Assembly (NCBI GenBank): GCA_964016885.1
Contig: OZ024740.1
Span: 191,456,001-191,520,000 of the forward strand
Direction of reading: 5' to 3'
Origin: Eledone cirrhosa
Taxonomy: Eukaryota
DNA: 64,000 nucleotides
How positions within the stretch are numbered: the first letter of the stretch is position 1; every line of letters begins with the position of its first letter. The position numbers and the translations under genes are program-made. Under the pieces are notes generated by a model. The model was not told where the DNA came from. It did no database searches and saw only the letters and a list, made by a program, of their open reading frames with translations. Of this stretch, positions 1-12,022 are shown piece after piece.

Positions 1-1338
1 GGGTATTCTCATTCAAAATCAGTTATTCATTAACCATAATGTTATTTACAATGTAGATCATCTTTATTATGTCTTATTGGCCAGCTCAGGACCTGAATGG
101 TAATGCCTTTTCAACGATATAAGATATCTAAATAATGGGTTGTATCACTAGCGCAGTTGATTGGAGTATTAATCCTTTCTTCATTTAAAATTGTCAATGG
201 AACCTTAATAAACGCTTTTAAAAATGACTTTAATTTAGCTACAATTAAGCAATGTGGCAGTTTATTCAAATTTACAGTGACATTTATACAGCAAGTTTCC
301 TCACAATACAATGAGACAAGTGCGCTGGTGGTGGGAACTGTTGCGAAAAGAATGGACTTCTTGAAAATGTTCCGAGATCCACTACGTAGGTCATGGAAAT
401 TAAGATTTCTCAGTTCCTACATGTGAAATAATGTGTGTACCTCCTTTGAAATAATTCTGTATTAAACATGCTGAGTTATATAAAGTATCAAGTGGGATAA
501 AAGTCTTCTTGTTGAACACAGTTTGCAAGTAGATAATCATCGCTGCTGACTGTGGGAATGTGTATGTAAGGCGTATGAAAGTCCTTTGGATAATATATGT
601 ATCAGTACATCTTCCTAATCTAACTGTTATGGTGTCGCCACATGAGAAATATATTTAACATTGGGATTAATATTTTACGTTTGCTTTGCAAATAACGTCG
701 AATTCGTGTCAACAATTTCCCTTCTGGAGACAGCTAGAAAAATATGAGGACTGAAGCAGTTTATGATTTGTTTTCTTTATAACCCTCTTCGGGGTAGAAT
801 GAAAACGCGTGCATATCAACTTCATTCTCACTGAAAATTACTATTCTTGATCGGAATAAGGTTCAGGGTTCTTAATATATTCTACTTGTTATACGTATAC
901 TAAATTACTAATCATTATTAAAGTTGCTTAAATTGACAATACATGTCTTTCTCCAATATGTTTATAGCGGCGTGGTATTGTTGGTTCTGAAAGAACAGAA
1001 ACACAGACACAGAGACACACACACACACCCACACACGTACACACATACATATAGACATACAAGTATGTACATATATGTGTGTGTACATATATATGTATAT
1101 AAGTGTGTGTATTTTTGTGTGTGCAGCATACACTTGATAATTCATATAAGATAAGCATACATATTGCCCATACACAGAAAAATATGTGATATTAAACATA
1201 TACTGAAGTCTCATATGTATAATGCGAGGCGTATCACGTAGAATATAGAAAATACCTGAAGACATCATCATAAATTTGCACTGCTAATAATTGGAGATTA
1301 AGGGAAGTTAGTATCGGTATTCAATTCATAAACAGGTG

Positions 1339-1419
<81 letters not shown>

Positions 1420-1423
<4 letters not shown>

Positions 1424-1655
1424 AAAGAAGAGAGGTGTAACACACAAGTTATTATATATTGGTAAACGGAATAGAAAATGCTGACAAATTGTTCACAGTT
1501 GAAAAATGGTTTAATTAGGAATAAAAGAGTATTAGTGATTGTATGGGTTAGTATTCAGTTGTGGTTTTAAGTTTTTAAGTTTTTACCGGTTGCGCATTTC
1601 TAAATGCTTTTCAAAAATAATTTTGAGATAGAGTGTCCGTGTTGTTTGCTCTGAT
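1420..1655 (-). mobile_element. Solo 3' end (pLTR fragment) of the PLE at 4306-6654
   Basis: Near-identical to 4306-4542; flanked by (TA)n; carries the HHR-like motif TTGAAAA-GCATTT-AG-AAATGC-GCAACCGGTA on the minus strand. Confidence 0.8.
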
Positions 1656-1752
1656 CTATCTATATATATATATACTTAAGGTAAACATTGATGCAATTCA
1701 ATTCAAGCTCTCAACGTAATTTTCCACATTGGAGTGACGGGGTATATATCGA

Positions 1753-2329
1753 ATAAGAAAAAGCGAAGTAGTTTCAGATGTTAAAGTCATTTAATGATAC
1801 TGTTGTAATACATTTGTCAATGGCGACAGTGGCCACACAGTTCCGTGCACCAGTGCCGTGACATCGTCAGACAGCTTGTTACATAAAAAGGTTATGTTTC
1901 CAAGTCAAGCCAAATTGAATCGACATGGGAACGGACAAAGCGTGTGCTCTTGAGTTCTCCGCCCGTTCCCTTGTGAGTACCAATTCATCCCATCGGTCTA
2001 CGCGGACGCAGGTCCGAAGGAAGTTGAATATAACTACCGCAGATTTCTACGAAACTCGCCTAGGCAGTTACTTCTCTCAACCAAACAATGACCCATCCAG
2101 GCCTGTAATATGAAACAGTAATAGCTTACTACTAGCCACCCTGCTAGCCACCCTGCTAGCCACCTTGCTAGTGCCGCAACATCGTCAGACAGTTGTTACA
2201 TAACAAGCTGTCTGACGATGTCGCGGCACTGGCGCACGGAACCGTTTGGCCACATTCGCCATTGAAATATGTATCACAGAATTATCATTAAAGGACTTTA
2301 ACATCTGAAACTACTTCGCTTTTACTTAT
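1753..2329. repeat. Imperfect inverted repeat (arms about 1753-1881 and 2201-2329) with internal 34-bp duplication and a 12-bp tandem (CTAGCCACCCTG x3)
   Basis: aagcgaagtagtttcagatgttaaagtc...acatcgtcagacagcttgtta is mirrored by taacaagctgtctgacgatgt...gactttaacatctgaaactacttcgctt; 1852-1886 recurs at 2170-2203. Confidence 0.85.
2208..2279 (+). ncRNA. Type I hammerhead-like motif with long stem II
   Basis: CTGT-CTGACGA-(45 nt)-GAAA-TATGTAT-C-ACAG: stem I CTGT/ACAG, both core boxes present, short stem III; base of stem II poorly paired. Confidence 0.5.
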
Positions 2330-2330
2330 C

Positions 2331-2418
<88 letters not shown>

Positions 2419-2486
2419 AAAAAGGGATGAAATCGAAAATGCAACTGAAGTCTTATTTTTTTTAAAATATATATATTTATTTGATT

Positions 2487-2524
2487 CCTTTACCGGTTTC
2501 GCAGTTCTTCTGCTTTTCAAAAGG
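2487..2524 (-). ncRNA. Minimal type I hammerhead, U3-A8 variant (mirror copy)
   Basis: Reverse complement of 4098-4135. Confidence 0.75.
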
Positions 2525-3034
2525 TGAGTTGAGATGGAGGGTCTGTGGTTTTTCTCACATCTGGTTGGTCTCTAAATGTTACTTGTTTTATATGGAAAAA
2601 CTGGCTCGAAAACCAAGTTTTTCGAGAAGTAATTTGATTGGTTTGTCAATAATTATAATAAATTTCGCGCCAGTTCGCGTTACAATAGTTCTTCAAATAA
2701 GAGAGGGGGGGGGTTGTCACAGGTTGTTTTTTCATATATGAGTGTTTGAATTTCTTTTTACTTGAAAAAATGAGGCTCACGAAGGCTTTTTTTTGGTTGG
2801 TTATAAATGAAATTTGGCTGTCACGTGAACAAGTTTTCATTACATTTTTGCGCCCTTATTTGGAAAACTATTCTGTAGTCTATAGTGAATGTTATGACGA
2901 TGGAGAGATAGTGGTCAAGGGAAAAGGGATTGGGAGAAATGTTCTGGTTCAGTGAATATGGCCAGCTGTCAGAGTTCAGGTGTCAGAGTTCAGATTTTCT
3001 ATTGAGACTGAAGATATGTGTTTATTTGTGTGCT

Positions 3035-3073
<39 letters not shown>

Positions 3074-3545
3074 ATTGGAAGATGATTCTATTAGTAGAGA
3101 TGGGGGAGGGAGTTGTGTGTGTGTGTATATGGGTGTTATGTGTGTGTGTGCGAGTATGTTAGATAGAGAGAATATATATTTTTTGTGTGTGTGTATATAT
3201 ATATGTGTGTAGGAAAGTGGTTCTATTAGTAGAAATGGGGAGGGTGTTGTAGGTGTGGGGGTTTTTATGTGTGTGTATGGGTGTTATGTGTGTGGGAGTA
3301 TGGTTAGCATGCTAACCATACTCCCACACACATAACACCCATACACACACATAAAAACCCCCACACCTACAACACCCTCCCCATTTCTACTAATAGAACC
3401 ACTTTCCTACACACATATATATATACACACACACAAAAAATATATATTCTCTCTATCTAACATACTCGCACACACACACATAACACCCATATACACACAC
3501 ACACAACTCCCTCCCCCATCTCTACTAATAGAATCATCTTCCAAT

Positions 3546-3584
<39 letters not shown>

Positions 3585-4097
3585 AGCACACAAATAAACA
3601 CATATCTTCAGTCTCAATAGAAAATCTGAACTCTGACACCTGAACTCTGACAGCTGGCCATATTCACTGAACCAGAACATTTCTCCCAATCCCTTTTCCC
3701 TTGACCACTATCTCTCCATCGTCATAACATTCACTATAGACTACAGAATAGTTTTCCAAATAAGGGCGCAAAAATGTAATGAAAACTTGTTCACGTGACA
3801 GCCAAATTTCATTTATAACCAACCAAAAAAAAAGCCTTCGTGAGCCTCATTTTTTCAAGTAAAAAGAAATTCAAACACTCATATATGAAAAAACAACCTG
3901 TGACAACCCCCCCCCCCTCTCTTATTTGAAGAACTATTGTAACGCGAACTGGCGCGAAATTTATTATAATTATTGACAAACCAATCAAATTACTTCTCGA
4001 AAAACTTGGTTTTCGAGCCAGTTTTTCCATATAAAACAAGTAACATTTAGAGACCAACCAGATGTGAGAAAAACCACAGACCCTCCATCTCAACTCA

Positions 4098-4135
4098 CCT
4101 TTTGAAAAGCAGAAGAACTGCGAAACCGGTAAAGG
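4098..4135 (+). ncRNA. Minimal type I hammerhead, U3-A8 variant
   Basis: CCTT-TTGAAAA-GCAG-aagaa-CTGC-GAAAC-CG-GTA-AAGG: stems I and II pair; stem III is the palindrome ACCGGT. Confidence 0.75.
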
Positions 4136-4265
4136 AATCAAATAAATATATATATTTTTAAAAAAATAAGACTTCAGTTGCATTTTCGATTTCATCCCTT
4201 TTTCTTTATACTTCCACTCGTGTAGGACACCTCGCTTATTTTTCATTTTGTAAAAAAAACCTCAC

Positions 4266-4310
<45 letters not shown>

Positions 4311-4825
4311 AAAGAATAGAGGTGTAACACACAAGTTATTATATATTGGTAAACGGAATAGAAAATGCTGACAAATTGTTCACAGTTGAAAAATGGTTTA
4401 ATTAGGAATAAAAGAGTATTAGTGATTGTATGGGTTAGTATTCAGTTGTGGTTTTAAGTTTTTAAGTTTTTACCGGTTGCGCATTTCTAAATGCTTTTCA
4501 AAAATAATTTTGAGATAGAGTGTCCGTGCTGTTTGCTCTGATCTGATTAGTTTTGGGAATTCTACCTGTTTTTATGTTAAAAAAATGGCTCCAGCGTTAT
4601 TTTTGTGTTGTAAAAATGCTTGTGGTCAAAACAATTTTGATTGGTCGGTAGAGGTCATGTGAATGTAAAAAGTTGATTTTGCGCCAAGACTGTTTTTATG
4701 TTAAAATGTTAGAAAAGTGGCTCCAGCAAAGATTATGGTCAAAACAATTTTGATTGGTCGGTAGAGGTCATGTGGATAAAAAATTGGTTTTGCGCCAAGA
4801 TTGAGAAATGACTCTTTCACAACAA

Positions 4826-4865
<40 letters not shown>

Positions 4866-5277
4866 TAGTAGTAGTAAGGTATTCGATGCTGCGACAATAG
4901 CCACCAGCGATGTGTGTCAAATGGCTATTAAGATAAGTGTGTGTGTGTGTGTGTGTGTGTGTGCGTACATACACACAGCAGAGTCATTCGAAGGTCAAAA
5001 GATATTTTTCAGCTTTTGTCTTATACGGAGAAGTGCGTGTGTGTGTGTGTGTGTGTGTATAAGTCTCTTTGTATGTTGATGTACGCGTGTGTATGTGTCT
5101 GTGTATATATGTGTGTGTGTGTGTGTGTGCGTGTGTGGGTGGACCAGTATTTTTTTCCCCCCCTGGTAAAATGGTGTACATTATTCGATTTTTTCAGTAA
5201 AATCGGTTCTCTTAATAGAACATCAACAATCTTAACAATAAAAGGTGTGAAATGATATTCACTATATACACATATAT

Positions 5278-5311
<34 letters not shown>

Positions 5312-5489
5312 TTTCACTACATACATATATATATATATATACATATATACATACATATATATGCACATATATTTTTTTGTATTGCACCATAGAGCATGTG
5401 TGTTTACGTGTGTCATTGTGTTTATATGTGGGTAGAGATGTGTGCTGATGTAGGTATGTATGTTGACGTGTGTATGTTGTGGGTTCGTC

Positions 5490-6283
5490 TTAGGGAGAAG
5501 TGTTTAGACGGGGTCCGTATTTGTTAATGAAGTAAGATTCCTTGCTGATGCGCTGGGTGTGGGTGGCATTATCTTTAAATTTGTAGAGGGGAAAGATTCT
5601 GAAGTTGGGATGATTTTGGGCGGCGCAGGTATCAATGTGTTCACTCAGTGGTATTTTCCTGTATTCCCGTATTTTAATTTGGGATCTATGGACAGTCATG
5701 CGTTGGCGGAGGCTGTTTTTGGTCTGGCCTATGTATTGTTCTCGACAACCTGAACAAGTTAATACATATATTAAATTTTCCGATGCACATGTGAAATTGT
5801 GTTTTACTATAAAACGTTGTCCATCTTTGAAATAGAATTCCGAACCCTCTATTAGGTTGATGCAAATGCCACAGTTGGGTCTATCGCATTTTTTTACTGT
5901 GGGTTTCGTTGTTGTGGTTGGCAGTACTTTGGCATGTGTTAAGATGTTTTTCATTGACTTGGATTGTCTTTTGCTTTTTATGATATCGTGTGTTCGTAGA
6001 ATTTGGTTCATTCTATGGTCCTTTTTCAATACAGGGATGTTCTGGAGGATGGTGTCAAAGGCCTCGTTGTTGAGGGGGTTGTGTGTGGAGATGTATGGAA
6101 GAGCTTTTAGTTTTGGTTGATTTACTTTAGGGTGTCTAAGGTCCTGGGTACTGAGTTTTAGGGCACGTTGGATTCCATTGTCAATTAGTGATGCAGGGTA
6201 GTCCCTGCCTATGAGTGTGTCCTTTAGTTCTTGTAGCCGTAAGTAGCAGATGTTTTTATTGGAGACTATAGTACAGATTCTCT
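5490..6283 (-). pseudogene. PLE ORF C-terminus: thumb/linker, Cys-rich motif and GIY-YIG endonuclease
   Basis: KCDRPNCGIC...NFTCASENLIYVLTCSGCREQYIGQTKNSLRQRMTVH...KESYFINKYGPRLN; upstream RICTIVSN; no RT core, 5' truncated. Confidence 0.9.
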
Positions 6284-6489
6284 AACATTTTAACATAAAA
6301 ACAGTCTTGGCGCAAAATCAACTTTTTACATTCACATGACCTCTACCGACCAATCAAAATTGTTTTGACCACAAGCATTTTTACAACACAAAAATAACGC
6401 TGGAGCCATTTTTTTAACATAAAAACAGGTAGAATTCCCAAAACTAATCAGATCAGAGCAAACAGCACGGACACTCTATCTCAAAATTA

Positions 6490-6526
6490 TTTTTGAAAAG
6501 CATTTAGAAATGCGCAACCGGTAAAA
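6490..6526 (+). ncRNA. Hammerhead-like motif, U3-A8 variant with GCAA in place of GAAA
   Basis: TTT-TTGAAAA-GCATTT-ag-AAATGC-GCAAC-CG-GTA-AAA; the same motif occurs near 1581-1617, 4467-4503 and 8456-8491 (minus). Confidence 0.55.
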
Positions 6527-6644
6527 ACTTAAAAACTTAAAACCACAACTGAATACTAACCCATACAATCACTAATACTCTTTTATTCCTAATTAAACCA
6601 TTTTTCAACTGTGAACAATTTGTCAGCATTTTCTATTCCGTTTA

Positions 6645-6707
<63 letters not shown>

Positions 6708-7127
6708 TTACGTCAGCAATTAAATGCATTAAACAAACATTTGTTTGCTTTATATCTTGTATATATATATATACGATCTTTTTTCCTCAGTACTCCACTC
6801 ACCAGTAGGATAAGAGTAAAGGAATATACAAGACTAAGATAATCAAAACACACATATCATTTCAATACCCAGAAAACAATATAATAATAATAAAACGGCC
6901 AACACAGAATACTTCATGTGTAAACAATCTATGAAATCTAGACATCTCCATATGAGTGGCTAACTTAAAAAAACAAAAAACCTACTATCTAAATAGAAAG
7001 AAACGGTGTTCATTGTCCCCACAATCAATCGGCATGAAAACCAGCATTTGTTAAAGGTTATGTCTAATAGATATTCTGCCACCCCATATTCTGAATACAT
7101 ACACACATATATATATATTTAAAGAGC

Positions 7128-7221
7128 GAAGAAGAAGAAGAAGAAGAAGAAGAAGAAGAAGAAGAAGAAGAAGAAGAAGAAGAAGAAGAAGAAGAAGAAG
7201 AAGAAGAAGAAGAAGAAGAAG
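7128..7221 (+). repeat. (GAA)n microsatellite
   Basis: About 31 perfect GAA units. Confidence 0.98.
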
Positions 7222-7928
7222 GGGTATGCTTACAAAATACAAAAGTACATTTTGGTATATTTCTATTTATATGAAATAATTCACTTTGCTTAACTTATCT
7301 GTAGATCTATTTAGCTGGCTTCAAAGAACTATTGATAGATCTTAAAAGTTCCTTTGCCAAACATATATCTTTAGCTTTTCAAATGATAAAGGAATTACAA
7401 GTAATCTTATATTTACCGTTGCTATAAGTCTACTCTTCTTCTATCTATTTCTTTGTCATTTCATTTTAATATAATTTTAATTAAACATAGAAAACAGATA
7501 GAGAAGAAAAAAAAAATTTTCCCATCCACAAGTAAAAATAGTGATCGTAAATAAAATTTGATAAAATCTGATGAAAGCTATACTTTTGATGTCTAGTACA
7601 AAGAGTCAAGTTTTGATTTACAGAAAAGAGTAATTTATGAAATACAACTAAAAATATATTTAAAGGCGATACATATAACAATACCATACAAAACATAGGA
7701 ATAGAAATGCTAAGAGGGAATGGAAAATAAAGAACAAATGTTTTCGAACATTTTTTTAAAATAAAAATTACCGGCTGGTGTTTTAAACTGATGTATAAAT
7801 TTAACGTTTCTTAATGTATATTTTTTCGTACAAGAAAGAGAAAATAAATTAAAAAATGTGAAGTAATGAATTTTTTAATTTATTTTCCTTTCCCCAAGAG
7901 TCAGAACATTAACCTACATCTCACTCTC

Positions 7929-7961
<33 letters not shown>

Positions 7962-7962
7962 A

Positions 7963-8035
<73 letters not shown>

Positions 8036-8251
8036 GTGTGTGTGGGTTTGAGCTTGTGTGTATGTGTGTGTTTGAAATCTTAGAAATCAAGATATACAAA
8101 CGCTGAAAACAACTCGGAAAATCGGCAAATCGGGTAAATTATGCATATATATGAAAAAAACGGGGTCAGCAAAGAAGAAAAGCTATTAAAGAAAAACAAC
8201 ACATAACAGATACATACACACACAACACACAAATAAACACACACACACACG

Positions 8252-8344
<93 letters not shown>

Positions 8345-8347
<3 letters not shown>

Positions 8348-8543
8348 TAAAAGGAAAAGAAAATGGTGACAAATTTTCCCAGTGAAAAATAGTTTAATTA
8401 GGAATAAGTAAAAATTAGTAATAAGTATTGCTTAGTATTCAGTTTTAGTTTTAAATTTTTACCGGTTGCGCATTTCTAATGCTTTTCAAAAATAATTTTG
8501 AGATAGTGCGCCCGTAATGTTTGCTCTAATCCGTGATGTTTGC

Positions 8544-8548
<5 letters not shown>
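8345..8548 (-). mobile_element. Diverged solo copy of the 4306-type PLE 3' end
   Basis: Aligns by eye to 4345-4540, including accggttgcgcatttctaatgcttttcaaaaataattttgagatag; (TA)n flanks. Confidence 0.8.
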
Positions 8549-8587
<39 letters not shown>

Positions 8588-8619
8588 TTTATATATATTT
8601 GTATATAATATAAACAGAC

Positions 8620-8915
8620 GATAAAACAGTGATGCATCTAGAATCAGTTTATTGCCTGTTACAATTGCTTCGCCGGCAGATAGCTCGAAGCATGATCGTT
8701 GTGTGGATCTGCCTGATTCTACGGCTGCAGGTTCTTCGGACACGTGCAATGCTTTCGGAGCAAGTTGTCTCACTGGGGTTTAGCTTAAAAAAAAATCCTT
8801 CAAAAAACATCTTCCACTCTCGTCGTGCTATTGGCTGTTGTTTTTCTACGTCATCATAATTTCTGCTCACTATTAGCTGCCACACTGGTCATCAGCTAAT
8901 TCTCCGTCCGACACA
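8620..8915 (-). mobile_element. Non-coding repeat homologous to the arms of the 30271-30600 fold-back
   Basis: gtgatgcatct...tgttacaattgcttcgccggcagatagctcga...gtggatctgcctgattct matches 30291-30382. Confidence 0.7.
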
Positions 8916-9656
8916 CTTCAATGGAGTCATGCTGGGTTTGGTATCTCACACGTCCGCTCACACTCGCGAGTACGTACCCACAGATACACCGCACTTACAA
9001 ATACACATACACATACACACACACGGAGGCACATACTCCTATATGCATACACCTATGTAGGCACACATGTGCAGACACACACACACATATATACACACAC
9101 ACACACACTCCCTCTCCGACACCTACCCTAGCCCACCCACACCTATATACACACCAATACATCTCCACTGATGCCTGCATATATAGCCTCATACATCCGG
9201 TCTCACATCCACGCACACGCGCACACATGCGCAGACACACACGTACACGCATACAAGGACACATATCAGCGTTCTCGTACCTCTGCACACGTACACAAAC
9301 AGGCACAGACATATACATAGACACACACAAGCGCACACACACACATAGACGCCTCTCATTATTGATAGGCAACAAGGACGGACACACTTGAAAATACACC
9401 AACATACATAGACACATACATACTAGTATATATATCTAGAGATATGTGTATATGCACACGCACATAAACATACAACCAAACCCTTCCCTATGTGGATGTA
9501 CCTACTACCCTCCCATATACATACACGCACACAGGCACACACACAGACGAGCACACATACACACGCATTCACTGGCTCATACATTCCAACAAGTATTCGC
9601 CCAACTACCTCCGTGTACACTTACATACACAAACTCTATATTCCTGTCCTTACCCC

Positions 9657-9734
<78 letters not shown>

Positions 9735-9844
9735 AAAATACTTGAGTGCATTAGAGTTAAACACAGTCGTCGGATAAGAGAAATGACAGTATAAGATAGA
9801 TCTCAATGTTATCCAACAGAGCCGAAAAATTAATATATATATAT

Positions 9845-10554
9845 ATACAAGTTAATATAAATTAATATATGATAAACACATAAGTGTTTGTATTGCAAAA
9901 GACGAAGTTAGCTAGAATGAAATAAACTAATTAAAATAAATATAGTTTGTCTGTCTCGATATAAATCAATAAAAACAAACCCATATTGGCAAAAGCCGTG
10001 ATTCCTGGACAAATTTAAATTTCAAAATCCAAACCTGCTCCGTAGATGAATTTGAACTTCAAAACCTAAATATGTTTCGCAACGATGGTATAAAAAGTGA
10101 AATTGTTAAATCTTCTGTGCTTATCAACAGGAATCCAGAAAAATTAGGACATTTCACCTCCAAACAATTTTGTAGGACAGGTTCACAAGTACAAACGCAC
10201 GTTGTACATACCTCACTAGCTATCTCATACTCACATTGCTAGAAATAACAGCCCGTTTATATGGGATTAAAAATTACCTCAACAAGCAAGGAGCCGTAAT
10301 ATTATATAATATTTAGAAAGTCATTCAAAAAGTTATTTAGAATGAATTAGCTCAAAGAAAGAAGCATTTCTGAGCCGTGAAATACAAGTTAATATCAATT
10401 AATATATGATAAACAGATAAGTGTTTGTATTGCAAAAGACGAAGTTAGCTAGAATTAAATAAACTAATTAAAATAAATATAGTTTGTCTGTCTCGATATA
10501 AATCAATAAAAACAAACCCATATTGGCAAAAGCCGTAATTCCTGGACAAATTTA
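9845..10554 (-). mobile_element. 537-bp-period element with about 170-bp direct terminal repeats (retrozyme/pLTR-like)
   Basis: 9845-10017 is nearly identical to 10382-10554; degenerate HHR at 10065-10131 (minus); TA flanks. Confidence 0.7.
10065..10131 (-). ncRNA. Degenerate U3-A8 hammerhead motif
   Basis: Minus strand CCTG-TTGATAA-GCA...TGC-GAAAC-ATATT-TAGG; stem III has one mismatch. Confidence 0.5.
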
Positions 10555-10560
10555 TATATA

Positions 10561-10718
10561 TAGAAACGAGTAGGACCCCGACGGCTGAGCTCAAGCCGTT
10601 TCGACAGCTAATTCTGCCGTCGGGGTCCTACTCGTTCCTATTACCCACTCTACTACCCTAAGTATTGAGTACTTTGGTGCGTTATGGTCCACCTGGTTCC
10701 TTACCAAATTTCCTTTGT

Positions 10719-10720
<2 letters not shown>
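10561..10720. mobile_element. Short TA-inserted repeat with fold-back and hammerhead 3' half (also at 50248-50421, 53011-53117, 38660-38691)
   Basis: acgagtaggaccccgacggc / gccgtcggggtcctactcgt inverted pair; 10617-10720 matches the reverse complement of 50248-50351. Confidence 0.8.
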
Positions 10721-10749
<29 letters not shown>

Positions 10750-11638
10750 ATATATATGTTTATATACATATATGTATATATAATATACATATGTATATAT
10801 ATATTATTTACGTACACAATGGAGAATATGTGATTAGACGCACCTGTACGGTGTCGTTTTTGTGACAGTACCATATTAGCTCAATGTACAAAACATATGT
10901 ATATATATATATATATGTATATAATTATATATAATAATAATAATATTATTTATAGTTATGTATACACTATATACAACTATAAACAGGAATGGTCAGTAAT
11001 TCATTACTACCTTATTACCAGTAAGAAAAATAGCTGAATGTAAATACATCAGATGTATTTAATACATCAGCTGTAACTAATTAAAAACATTCACTAATAT
11101 AACATTTTAAACAACGTAATGGAAAAAATAGCAATACAATTGACACTCTCAACACATGCACATTTGAACATACAAACACGATTATCACACTACATACACC
11201 ATACACCCAACATTTTTATACACAAACACCTTTGTCTGCTTGATATGCTTGTAAACCTATGTTATTTGATGTGATACTTTTGCCATGCAGTAAATATATA
11301 TGCCCTGTACTATTGCTTGTTTCCTTACTGTATATGCCAAACGCATTTGCACTCTCTATACGCTTGCATATGTACTGCTAGTGTCCTTGATTTTACGAGT
11401 AAATTTCTCCCGTAGTGCCTCTTTAATTATTATACTATTCCATTGTATTCTCTGTCGCACGCATTCCACTCCGTGACTTTTTAATTTTTAATTTTTAAGC
11501 TTTAATTTAACTTGTAATCTATGTCGCATCTATTCCACTCTGTAAATACGAAACTGTTGTTGACAACATCGAAATCCATGTATCTATATGATTGTTCAGT
11601 TGAATAGGAGGTTAATTATGTGTACAAACATTGGTAGT

Positions 11639-11682
11639 TCTCCGATGAATCCAAACGAAAGTTTGGATAGAACGACTGTCAG
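11639..11682 (+). ncRNA. Degenerate hammerhead-like motif
   Basis: CT-CCGATGA-ATCCAAAC-gaaa-GTTTGGAT-AGAAC-gact-GTC-AG: perfect 8-bp stem II, mutated core boxes, followed by (TA)n. Confidence 0.4.
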
Positions 11683-11716
11683 CAATTTGAACATAGCTTT
11701 GATTATTTTGTAATTT

Positions 11717-11803
<87 letters not shown>

Positions 11804-11899
11804 CTTCTACAGGACTAGAACTGTTTCATCCCTGCTATATATTGGGTACCTTACTGACTGTGGTTACTTCCTATTCAACCCTCAGTAACTTATATATAT

Positions 11900-11965
<66 letters not shown>

Positions 11966-11968
<3 letters not shown>

Positions 11969-12022
11969 TTTCTTTATTAACCACAAGGGTTTACATAAAG
12001 TAGACATAATAACTGTGCAGGA
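11966..12022 (-). mobile_element. Very short 3' tip of the Tx1-like LINE
   Basis: gatttctttattaaccacaagggtttacataaagtagacat is identical to the starts at 12691 and 16323; preceded by (TAA)n. Confidence 0.85.

Larger units (their letters stand above)
2412..4210. repeat. About 900-bp-arm spacerless palindrome centred at 3309/3310 (fold-back of a non-coding PLE-type 3' end)
   Basis: Centre tggttagca|tgctaacca; ORF track gives identical peptides at 2980..3162(+) and 3457..3639(-); the only arm differences seen are homopolymer lengths. Confidence 0.97.
4306..6654 (-). mobile_element. 5'-truncated Penelope-like element with inverted pLTR (arms about 4340-4713 and 6281-6654)
   Basis: GIY-YIG ORF on the minus strand; 6281-6654 is the reverse complement of 4340-4713; (TA)n on both sides. 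Confidence 0.9.
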
